From a virus (lineage: Duplodnaviria > Caudoviricetes), in the IMG/VR virus record IMGVR_UViG_3300008116_000002: 64,000 bases of DNA; one strand, 5' to 3'. Numbering within the stretch: the stretch's first letter is position 1; every line of letters begins with the position of its first letter. A model generated the notes under the pieces. It ran no database searches. It was not told where the DNA came from and saw only the letters and a program-made list of their open reading frames with translations. The position numbers were made by a program, and so were the translations under genes. Shown here piece after piece: positions 30,431 through 37,516 of the stretch.

Positions 30431-31428
30431 ATAAAATATTAGTAACCGGCGGTGCGGGATTTATTGCACATCATATCATAGAAGATCTATTAGTAAATAC
30501 TAACTGTAAAATTGTTACTGTAGATAGTTTAGATTTTTCTGGTAATCTAAATCGTTTATCTGATATGCTAAAGAATAGACAAGATTTGTCTAATAGAATT
30601 GAATATCTGTATCACGATATACGAGCAGAAATTAATCCTACTTTGGCCAAACAAATAGGGGATGTTGATTATATACTGCACCTCGCAGCGGGCAGTCATG
30701 TTGATAGAAGTATTAAAGATCCTCTAAGTTTCGTTTATACGAATGTAGTTGGAACTTGTAATATTCTTAACTTTGCGAGAACTCAAAAAAATCTAAAAAG
30801 ATTTTTATATTTTAGCACAGATGAAATTTTTGGCCCAGCACTAAAAGACACAAATTTTTCAGAATATTCTAGATACAATTCTAGCAATCCTTATAGTGCA
30901 ACTAAGGCGGGCGGGGAAGAACTTGCGGTAGCATTTCATAACACTTATAATATGCCAGTGTATATTACGCATTGTATGAATGTATTTGGTGAGAGGCAGC
31001 AAGCAGGCGCATTTATTCCGTTATGCATAAGAAAAATATTAAACAACGAAAAACTTACTATACATTCAGATGTAACTTTAACTAAATCTCCAATTAGGCA
31101 TTACATATATGTAAAAGAGGTTGCGAGTGCTATTAGATTTCTTTTAGAAAACAATTTTACCAGTAATGATAGTTTAATAAAGGTTCCGAAGTTTAATATT
31201 ACGGGCAGAGACGAAATTCAAATACTTGAATTGTCTAAAACCATTGCTAAATTATTAAATAAAGAATTGCAGTATGAAATGACTTATACCCAAAGACCAG
31301 GTGGAGATATGGGATATTCTTTATCAGGCAATCTTTTAAAATCTCTTGGGTGGGAAGCCAAAAGTAATTTTTCAGATCATATTGAAAAAGTTGTAAATTG
31401 GTATGTGGATAATAAAGCCTGGCTATGA
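30427..31428 (+). CDS. dTDP-glucose 4,6-dehydratase-like extended SDR
   Basis: TGGAGFI, AAGSHVDRSI, STDEIFG, YSATK. Confidence 0.85.
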   Translation: MNKILVTGGAGFIAHHIIEDLLVNTNCKIVTVDSLDFSGNLNRLSDMLKNRQDLSNRIEYLYHDIRAEINPTLAKQIGDVDYILHLAAGSHVDRSIKDPLSFVYTNVVGTCNILNFARTQKNLKRFLYFSTDEIFGPALKDTNFSEYSRYNSSNPYSATKAGGEELAVAFHNTYNMPVYITHCMNVFGERQQAGAFIPLCIRKILNNEKLTIHSDVTLTKSPIRHYIYVKEVASAIRFLLENNFTSNDSLIKVPKFNITGRDEIQILELSKTIAKLLNKELQYEMTYTQRPGGDMGYSLSGNLLKSLGWEAKSNFSDHIEKVVNWYVDNKAWL

Positions 31429-31628
31429 GAAAGAAAACTATGAATGATTTCGAAGTACATGAACTTGGAACAACGAAAGAAATTCAATTAAGCAGAGCAC
31501 TTGCTCGTGCTATTCATGATAATGAAGATCGTATTCGTTCCTATAATGTTATGCCAGTTGATGTTTGGAACGCTTATGTCGCACTTAGAAAACATTACGA
31601 CTGGCAAATTGAAAATGAAAAAATGTGA
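31425..31628 (+). CDS. Hypothetical protein
   Basis: Intact ORF overlapping the upstream stop. Confidence 0.55.
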   Translation: MRKKTMNDFEVHELGTTKEIQLSRALARAIHDNEDRIRSYNVMPVDVWNAYVALRKHYDWQIENEKM

Positions 31629-31645
31629 ACGAGATAGTATATTAC

Positions 31646-31653
31646 TATAAATA
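31646..31653 (+). promoter_or_regulatory. T4-type late promoter
   Basis: Exact TATAAATA 6 nt before ORF 31659. Confidence 0.5.
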
Positions 31654-31658
31654 CTGAT

Positions 31659-31892
31659 ATGATTGAGACTCCGTTCCCCTTTCCTATAAGTTCTACTCAA
31701 GATGTCTATAGAACAAGAGCTGTGCCTGCATCTGACGGTACTCACATAAGACACACCGTTATTACTGAAACTAGTTATCCTGAAGGTAACAGTACTAGAA
31801 AAGTTGAGACTTATTCCGTTACAGTATACGATGCTACAGGTAGATTAAATTCTTATCTGTTTGGTTATGATAATGTGAACAGATTAGTATAG
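31659..31892 (+). CDS. Hypothetical protein
   Basis: Intact ORF filling the gap before gp62. Confidence 0.5.
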   Translation: MIETPFPFPISSTQDVYRTRAVPASDGTHIRHTVITETSYPEGNSTRKVETYSVTVYDATGRLNSYLFGYDNVNRLV

Positions 31893-31902
31893 TGAGAATA
31901 TT

Positions 31903-32340
31903 ATGAGTTTATTTGGTGAACCGACAGCGCCCGTTGTCGAAGAAACATACAAGTCCCCAGCAATTACCCCGTTTGAGTTTATCAACGCTATTCATCATAG
32001 TAAAGAGAATCTAATTGTTGACGAATGGTCCGAGAAACAATATAATCCCTATATTATAAACAAGGGTCTTTCGTATGGACATGATACTGTTATTCCTGCG
32101 AATGAGATGAATTCTAGACCTCATTTGGACAAAACCCTTCAATTTCATTTCCTTATAAATATTATTAGGCCTAAAAAAAGATTCAATAAATGGATCAAGG
32201 CCGAGAAGGTCGATGATTTGGAAACAGTAAAAGAATACTATGGCTACAGCACAGAGAAGGCCAAACAAATTCTTCCGCTTCTGAATGAATCGATTATAGA
32301 TGAAATGAGAAAAAGAATAACAAAGGGCGGCAAGAAATGA
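31903..32340 (+). CDS. gp62: Clamp loader small subunit
   Basis: YNPYIINKGLS, ANEMN, KKRFNKW, YYGYS..KA. Confidence 0.93.
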   Translation: MSLFGEPTAPVVEETYKSPAITPFEFINAIHHSKENLIVDEWSEKQYNPYIINKGLSYGHDTVIPANEMNSRPHLDKTLQFHFLINIIRPKKRFNKWIKAEKVDDLETVKEYYGYSTEKAKQILPLLNESIIDEMRKRITKGGKK

Positions 32341-32771
32341 ATACAGATATTATTTCCATTAATTACCCGGGGTATAATCCCCTGGAAGTGATTCTTAAAG
32401 AACCCGACGATTTTCTAAAGGTAAGAGAGACCTTGACAAGAATCGGCGTTGCTTCGAGAAAAGATAAAACCCTATATCAGTCGTGCCACATTTTACATAA
32501 GCAGGGAAGATACTTTATTGTACACTTTAAAGAGCTATTTGCTTTAGATGGTAAAGTCGCAGATTTAACTGATAATGATTTACAGCGTAGAAATACTATT
32601 GCCAAGTTGCTGGTAGACTGGGGTTTGATAGAAATTAATAATTCGCACCTATTTACAGATTATGCTCCCCTTTCCCAGATCAAAGTCATTTCCCATAAGG
32701 AAAAGGATGATTGGAAATTGGAAACAAAATATAATATTGGTAAGAAAAAATTAAGTGGTGCATATAAATAA
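32337..32771 (+). CDS. regA: Translational repressor RegA
   Basis: DDFLKVRETLTRIG, LYQSCHILHKQGRYFIVHFKELF. Confidence 0.97.
   Translation: MNTDIISINYPGYNPLEVILKEPDDFLKVRETLTRIGVASRKDKTLYQSCHILHKQGRYFIVHFKELFALDGKVADLTDNDLQRRNTIAKLLVDWGLIEINNSHLFTDYAPLSQIKVISHKEKDDWKLETKYNIGKKKLSGAYK
32763..32770 (+). promoter_or_regulatory. T4-type late promoter upstream of pqqA
   Basis: Exact TATAAATA overlapping the regA stop. Confidence 0.6.
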
Positions 32772-32869
32772 TTTGTAGTTCGATAATGATCTCAAATTGG
32801 ACCTTGCTACAGCATCTCCAATGAACTGATCGTAACAGCAGTACTTTTTAATCTTTCAAGGAGACTATT

Positions 32870-32941
32870 ATGTGGACTAAACCTACAGCAAAAGATATGC
32901 GTTTTGGATTTGAAATCACAATGTATATCGCAAATAGATAA
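32870..32941 (+). CDS. pqqA: PQQ precursor peptide, 23 aa (not in ORF track)
   Basis: MWTKPTAKDMRFGFEITMYIANR with the ExxxY core; SD AAGGAG at 32858-63. Confidence 0.9.
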   Translation: MWTKPTAKDMRFGFEITMYIANR

Positions 32942-33064
32942 TCATCCCTTCGGGATGGGACTGGTTGGCAGTTCCAGTTAAAACTGCCATCTAAAGAAAG
33001 GACTATGCCGAATGGATAGTTTAATTTCGCAGTTTGTTTTTGGTACCCCAGCATGGGGAAATAA

Positions 33065-33089
33065 CTCGCTTAATAAGGAGACCGATATG
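33065..33089 (+). promoter_or_regulatory. ROSE-like RNA thermometer hairpin
   Basis: CTCGCT-TAATA-AGGAG: the U(U/C)GCU motif pairs with the SD through a bulged G. Confidence 0.55.
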
Positions 33090-33308
33090 TTGTATTACGC
33101 TAATATGGCCATTGATGCCATCCAGTCAGGAAAAACCACGTGGCTTCAAACTTTCGTCAAGGAAGAACAAGTACGCAAACCTCTTCAACAGTTTGTAGAT
33201 GCACAGACAGCCTACACAAAACAGATTACCAAGACATGGTATGATGTAACAGGTGCTGCTGCAAAAGCAACAGTTGATAAAGTATTTTCTAAGGAGGTGA
33301 AAGAATGA
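33087..33308 (+). CDS. Phasin-like helical protein
   Basis: Start reassigned to ATG 33087 after AGGAG; AIDAIQSGK...FVDAQTAYTKQ pattern. Confidence 0.45.
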   Translation: MLYYANMAIDAIQSGKTTWLQTFVKEEQVRKPLQQFVDAQTAYTKQITKTWYDVTGAAAKATVDKVFSKEVKE

Positions 33309-33796
33309 ACTGGCTGCTATCCAATGTACCAAAAGACTTTGACAAATTTTTTGTAGGCTTTGACGAACAGTTCAATCGCCTGGCAAAAATGCATGATGAT
33401 ATCACAAAGAACATTCCTAATTATCCTCCATACAATATCAAAAAAACAGGTGACAATACATACCTGATTGAAGTTGCTGTCGCAGGTTTTGCGAAGCAAG
33501 ATATTGAGATTGAGTTAGTTGACGGCAAGATGGTCGTTACTGGCAAAACTCATAGTGATGATGATAGCAGTTTCTTATTCAGAGGAATTGCAAATAGAGC
33601 ATTTACTCGCACTTTTGCTTTAGATGATCAAATCGAAGTTAAAGATGCAGAAATGTTTAATGGTATGTTAAAGATTTTCTTGGAGCGTATTATTCCCGAG
33701 CATAAGAAGCCTAAGAAAATTGATGTTAAAGATACTAGTGAAACTTCTAAACCTAGCAAAAAGTCTAAAGAACTTTTACTAGAAGAAGACAAGTAA
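33305..33796 (+). CDS. Small heat shock protein Hsp20 (IbpA-like)
   Basis: NYPPYNI, AVAGF, RGIANRAFTRTF, NGML. Confidence 0.95.
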   Translation: MNWLLSNVPKDFDKFFVGFDEQFNRLAKMHDDITKNIPNYPPYNIKKTGDNTYLIEVAVAGFAKQDIEIELVDGKMVVTGKTHSDDDSSFLFRGIANRAFTRTFALDDQIEVKDAEMFNGMLKIFLERIIPEHKKPKKIDVKDTSETSKPSKKSKELLLEEDK

Positions 33797-33799
33797 TTT

Positions 33800-33817
33800 A
33801 GGGGGCTTCGGCCCCCT
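33800..33817 (+). terminator. UUCG hairpin after hsp20
   Basis: AGGGGGC-TTCG-GCCCCCT. Confidence 0.65.
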
Positions 33818-33932
33818 GTACATATGATCAAAAAATGGTTTAAAAAATTTTTTAAGTGGTGGAGCGACTCTATCATTCATATAAGAAAGTATGATAGAGA
33901 TACGCCGCCCTGGTATTGATAAAGGATAAAAA

Positions 33933-34268
33933 ATGGTAAAGCTACTTAAACTAATCACAAGTGAAGAAATTGTAGGGAATTGCACAAAGAAGGGATCTAA
34001 GATTTACATAGACAAACCATGTGCTATTATGTTAATTTCCTCAAAGTCTACTCCAGACCAACATTCAATGGCATTGATTCCCTACGCTGCATATGCGAAG
34101 GATCATAAAATAGAAATTGAAAAGCGTCAAGTTGTATGGGAAGCAGATCTAGAAGATGATGTGTTGAATCAATACAATGCTATCTTCGGTTCAGGTATTC
34201 AAATTGTATCTGGAGATGTACCTAGAAACATTCCGAATATTTCCCAGCTTAGTGTTGTTGGGTCTTAA
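33933..34268 (+). CDS. Conserved T4-like hypothetical protein (Sm-like beta fold)
   Basis: KLITSEEIVG...YNAIFGSGI. Confidence 0.7.
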   Translation: MVKLLKLITSEEIVGNCTKKGSKIYIDKPCAIMLISSKSTPDQHSMALIPYAAYAKDHKIEIEKRQVVWEADLEDDVLNQYNAIFGSGIQIVSGDVPRNIPNISQLSVVGS

Positions 34269-34594
34269 GAGTTTTTATCTTTTCCCGAACCAATAATACA
34301 ACCCTCACCCCCAAAGGCTGGATCATCGCTATATTCTATAATAGTCCATGATCCAGTTTCTTTGTTTCTATACATAACAATTTTAGTGAGAAAATCATTA
34401 TATACTTGATTGGTTACTAGAAACTCTAACTTTTCCCCATAATTAGTTTTTAAATTATTTAGCATTTCGGATAGAGGCGAACACAATACAGGTTTATGTC
34501 TCTGGGATATCTGAGAATAAGCCAGAGGTGAAATTAAAATCATAAACAAAAGAATTAAGGTTTTCATTTCGTATCCTTTGCGTTGTTTTTTCAC
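34265..34594 (-). CDS. Hypothetical secreted protein
   Basis: Signal-like MKTLILLFMILISPLAYS; KPVLC motif. Confidence 0.6.
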   Translation of the reverse strand: MKKQRKGYEMKTLILLFMILISPLAYSQISQRHKPVLCSPLSEMLNNLKTNYGEKLEFLVTNQVYNDFLTKIVMYRNKETGSWTIIEYSDDPAFGGEGCIIGSGKDKNS

Positions 34595-35360
34595 AATCCA
34601 CCCATTTTAGATTGTTGTAATGTTGATAGGGCCATGTGCCTTTGGGTAACAAACATACTCCTAATTCTGGGCTATTTTCTATTCTTACCTGAACTATAGC
34701 CCAGACTAACCATGCAAAATATAGAACTGTTAAACTAGTTAAACACCAGCATAAAATTTTATACTGCAATCTTTTCTTTTTTCTTGCATTTATTTTAGCA
34801 AGCTCTCTTTCACGCTGCATTTCTATAGCAATCGCCCCAGCCTGTTCTTGGCCGACTTTTTCCATCATGTCGTTTACTTCAGTCCATAGCGTACCAAGTT
34901 CGGGTGGGCTGTTATAGACCATGATTTCGCGCAGTTCTTCGCCCATGTGCTGAAGCTGCTTTTTAAGTAAAACACGCTGTAGAGCACGTTTACCTAGACT
35001 GTCTTCTCCATGATAAACTTCTGTTTTACTACGTCGTTCTTCTTCTTCAAATATGGCCTTGCACTTGTAGTAGTTGTCAAAGTATGCACCTAGTTGCTGT
35101 CCAATTTCTGTGTAGATATTAGTTGTATCACCCGACTTCTTGTTTAATTCTATTATGCGATTTTTTTCTTCAATGTACTGATTGCGTTCCTGAACCGTAG
35201 GTTGGCGATCTTTAAATTTATTATGAAATTGATCGTCAAGATCTTTGAGGACCTCCTTGACATCCCCAGCCGCACCTTTAATATCCTTATAAAGTTTACA
35301 GCCTTCCTTGACGAGTTTAACTGCTCCGTTTGCTAAAGCAAACAGTGTTAATGGATCCAT
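34494..35360 (-). CDS. Hypothetical membrane protein (coiled coil plus one TM)
   Basis: MDPLTLFALAN start; hydrophobic segment near the C-terminus. Confidence 0.65.
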   Translation of the reverse strand: MDPLTLFALANGAVKLVKEGCKLYKDIKGAAGDVKEVLKDLDDQFHNKFKDRQPTVQERNQYIEEKNRIIELNKKSGDTTNIYTEIGQQLGAYFDNYYKCKAIFEEEERRSKTEVYHGEDSLGKRALQRVLLKKQLQHMGEELREIMVYNSPPELGTLWTEVNDMMEKVGQEQAGAIAIEMQRERELAKINARKKKRLQYKILCWCLTSLTVLYFAWLVWAIVQVRIENSPELGVCLLPKGTWPYQHYNNLKWVDCEKTTQRIRNENLNSFVYDFNFTSGLFSDIPET

Positions 35361-35366
35361 TTTCTT

Positions 35367-35579
35367 TTATTTTTTATCCCTGTTCTTCACGGCCTCTTTT
35401 AACATAGATTTAATCATTAGTAAAACTCTTCCCTTTTCTCTTTCGGTAAGATGTTTGACTAACATCAGTTTGTCATCATAACTTTTAGCACCATCTAAAA
35501 AGTCGGCAGGAACAGATATCTTTTTCTTTTTCTTAAATTTCTTTAATTCGTTTTTTAGCTTATCTTGTTCCTCCGACAT
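35367..35579 (-). CDS. Hypothetical basic protein
   Basis: Intact ORF in the minus-strand operon. Confidence 0.55.
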   Translation of the reverse strand: MSEEQDKLKNELKKFKKKKKISVPADFLDGAKSYDDKLMLVKHLTEREKGRVLLMIKSMLKEAVKNRDKK

Positions 35580-35590
35580 TTTTTCTTCTC

Positions 35591-35767
35591 TTATTTTTTC
35601 TCTGGAATCTTAGTGCCTTCTAACTTTTTATGCACTTTGATTGTTTTACAAACTTCTTTTTCTTTTTTAGTCTTGTTATCAAACTCTTTGACACAGACTT
35701 TTTTTTCTTCTGCCGCATAAGCCAATGGCATTGTTGCGATTAATAACGCTGTAATTAAATTTTTCAT
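35591..35767 (-). CDS. Small secreted protein, 58 aa (not in ORF track)
   Basis: MKNLITALLIATMPLAYAAEEKKVCVKEFDNKTKKEKEVC...; overlaps the stop of the upstream gene. Confidence 0.6.
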   Translation of the reverse strand: MKNLITALLIATMPLAYAAEEKKVCVKEFDNKTKKEKEVCKTIKVHKKLEGTKIPEKK

Positions 35768-35988
35768 TTCTTTTCCTTTGAAGTAAATTTTTCAGATGCG
35801 GTAAATCCAAGACCACCGATGACGATATACATCATATATTCATAGGTGGTAGGATTTACTTTTCTTTCAAAAAACATTTCTGCAATAAACCCAATGGCTA
35901 GCAAAGCAAATGCCAAAAAGGTTATTACTCTTTTGCTGCTTGGATTTTGCTCTCCTTCACCGGAGAGCATTTTGGCCAGAAAGTTCAT
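35764..35988 (-). CDS. Two-TM membrane protein, holin-like
   Basis: SSKRVITF plus two hydrophobic helices and a basic tail; in the endolysin operon. Confidence 0.5.
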   Translation of the reverse strand: MNFLAKMLSGEGEQNPSSKRVITFLAFALLAIGFIAEMFFERKVNPTTYEYMMYIVIGGLGFTASEKFTSKEKK

Positions 35989-36474
35989 TTATAGCTCCGG
36001 ATGTGGAGGTTGTGCTGGTGCTTCTTTACCACCAAAGCCTGCAGCAACATTAGGCGCAAAGCTTGCAAACGCATCAGGTGCTGCTGCAAATGGGCTTGCT
36101 GTAGATGTTGCTACTGCCGCACTACCTAGTGATATTGAGGCACTCAACCCGTTAACCGGAGGTGTAGGTGGCGGAGTATATGGTTTGTTCGCTGCATCTA
36201 ATGCTTTAGCTCTTAAATCCTTATCGTCACCTGCTAGCATAATGCCAGACAATGTACCAGTTAAGAATGTAGCAATCGGAATAATTAATTCAAAGAACTT
36301 ATTATCCACTGGGCTCATACCATTCATTGGTTGAGTAACAAAGATTAAACTATATAGAACAACAAAAACAATTCCAAATAGTGTTAACCCTAAAACGATA
36401 CCAATAAAGAATTTTAATCTCGCGTTTAATTCTTCAGTTGTATATCTTGGTCCTTCCCATATATCTTTAATCAT
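35989..36474 (-). CDS. Two-TM membrane protein with Pro/Ala-rich tail
   Basis: Two hydrophobic helices then PPTPP and PAQPP; lysis operon. Confidence 0.6.
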   Translation of the reverse strand: MIKDIWEGPRYTTEELNARLKFFIGIVLGLTLFGIVFVVLYSLIFVTQPMNGMSPVDNKFFELIIPIATFLTGTLSGIMLAGDDKDLRAKALDAANKPYTPPPTPPVNGLSASISLGSAAVATSTASPFAAAPDAFASFAPNVAAGFGGKEAPAQPPHPEL

Positions 36475-36716
36475 TTACATTCTCCTTTTTTCGGCATCTG
36501 TTGTGCAGGCTGCGCTATATTTGTATTTCCCGGTGCGGCTCCAACCTTATCTTTTTCATATGGAGTCAAATCCTCAGGGCAAGTTCCATTGGCACTACAA
36601 TATGGTTTTTTACATTCTTTCTTTTCCCAATTGTCTGGATCTTGACAGGGATAACGATAGTTCTCCGAGCAAGCAACCAGCAAAGGTAATAGTAAAAGTG
36701 CTAAATATCTCATCAA
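36471..36716 (-). CDS. Lipoprotein (possible o-spanin)
   Basis: Lipobox LVAC after a signal peptide; immediately downstream of the endolysin. Confidence 0.55.
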   Translation of the reverse strand: MMRYLALLLLPLLVACSENYRYPCQDPDNWEKKECKKPYCSANGTCPEDLTPYEKDKVGAAPGNTNIAQPAQQMPKKGECK

Positions 36717-37330
36717 TGTCCTCCCAGAACATGAAGTGCGTGAGCATAATGCTTTTTGCGATCTTCAAGTCCTATGGTCCCACCATTGATTCTTTTTGTC
36801 ATGGTAAGAATGTCTCCGGTGTCTGCCCATTGATTTAGTTTATTTGTTTCCCAAAACCAACACGCGGATTGTGCAGCACCCTCAAAAGTCTGAGTATATT
36901 CTGCAGCCTCTTCTGGAGAAATTTCTAATGAAGCGGCAAACCAAGTGTAGTTTGTTTTACCTGTCAATTGAATAAGTCCGCGACCTCGGTATCTCCACCC
37001 GTCGCCTGATGCTTCGTCACCGTTGCCCATACGATTCGCATAGATACGATTCGCAATTTTCTCTGGTTTCTTTTCGTAGGTTTTTGCAGTTGCAATATCC
37101 GAAAAGTATTTCCCAAATATTTTTACCAGGCTTTCTGCTTTATAATTTAGATTTTCTGTGAGAAAAACAAACCCGCCCGATTCATGTGCACACTGTGCAA
37201 CGAATGCTGCAATCCTTTGGGGAGTGTTGATTTCATAATCCGGTAATAATTGACTCAATGCATTATGCCACTGATCAATATAAGGATTCTTAGGTAATAA
37301 TTGTTTAAGCTGAGCTTTGGTCAGTTCCAT
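36713..37330 (-). CDS. GH19 endolysin
   Basis: AQCAHES, YRGRGLIQLTGK.NY, INGG. Confidence 0.93.
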   Translation of the reverse strand: MELTKAQLKQLLPKNPYIDQWHNALSQLLPDYEINTPQRIAAFVAQCAHESGGFVFLTENLNYKAESLVKIFGKYFSDIATAKTYEKKPEKIANRIYANRMGNGDEASGDGWRYRGRGLIQLTGKTNYTWFAASLEISPEEAAEYTQTFEGAAQSACWFWETNKLNQWADTGDILTMTKRINGGTIGLEDRKKHYAHALHVLGGH

Positions 37331-37453
37331 TTAGTTTCCTTTAAGTTATGATAATAAAGTCATGTGCTTGACCTTAAGGTTCAACTCAAAAGAAAAACGG
37401 ACGAAGAATGCCAAAAAGCACGAAAAAAGGATTACTTTTAGTAATCTCCCTTA

Positions 37454-37461
37454 TATTTATA
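37454..37461 (-). promoter_or_regulatory. T4-type late promoter for the lysis operon
   Basis: TATTTATA on + equals TATAAATA on -, upstream of GH19. Confidence 0.65.
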
Positions 37462-37490
37462 TTGCACCCTAGCAATAGATATATTATAAT
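37462..37490 (+). promoter_or_regulatory. Sigma70-type promoter for DNA polymerase
   Basis: TTGCAC-17 nt-TATAAT, back to back with the late promoter. Confidence 0.6.
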
Positions 37491-37516
37491 TAGGCGTTAA
37501 ACGAGGAGCAAAACTA

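Noticed and set aside
33824-33919. 31-aa Trp/Lys-rich ORF MIKKWFKKFFKWWSD... after hsp20
   Set aside because: No SD and it lies right behind a terminator hairpin; possible but unsupported.
37421-37447. Palindrome GATTACT-TTT-AGTAATC in the lysis leader
   Set aside because: Single short hairpin with no second copy; function cannot be inferred.
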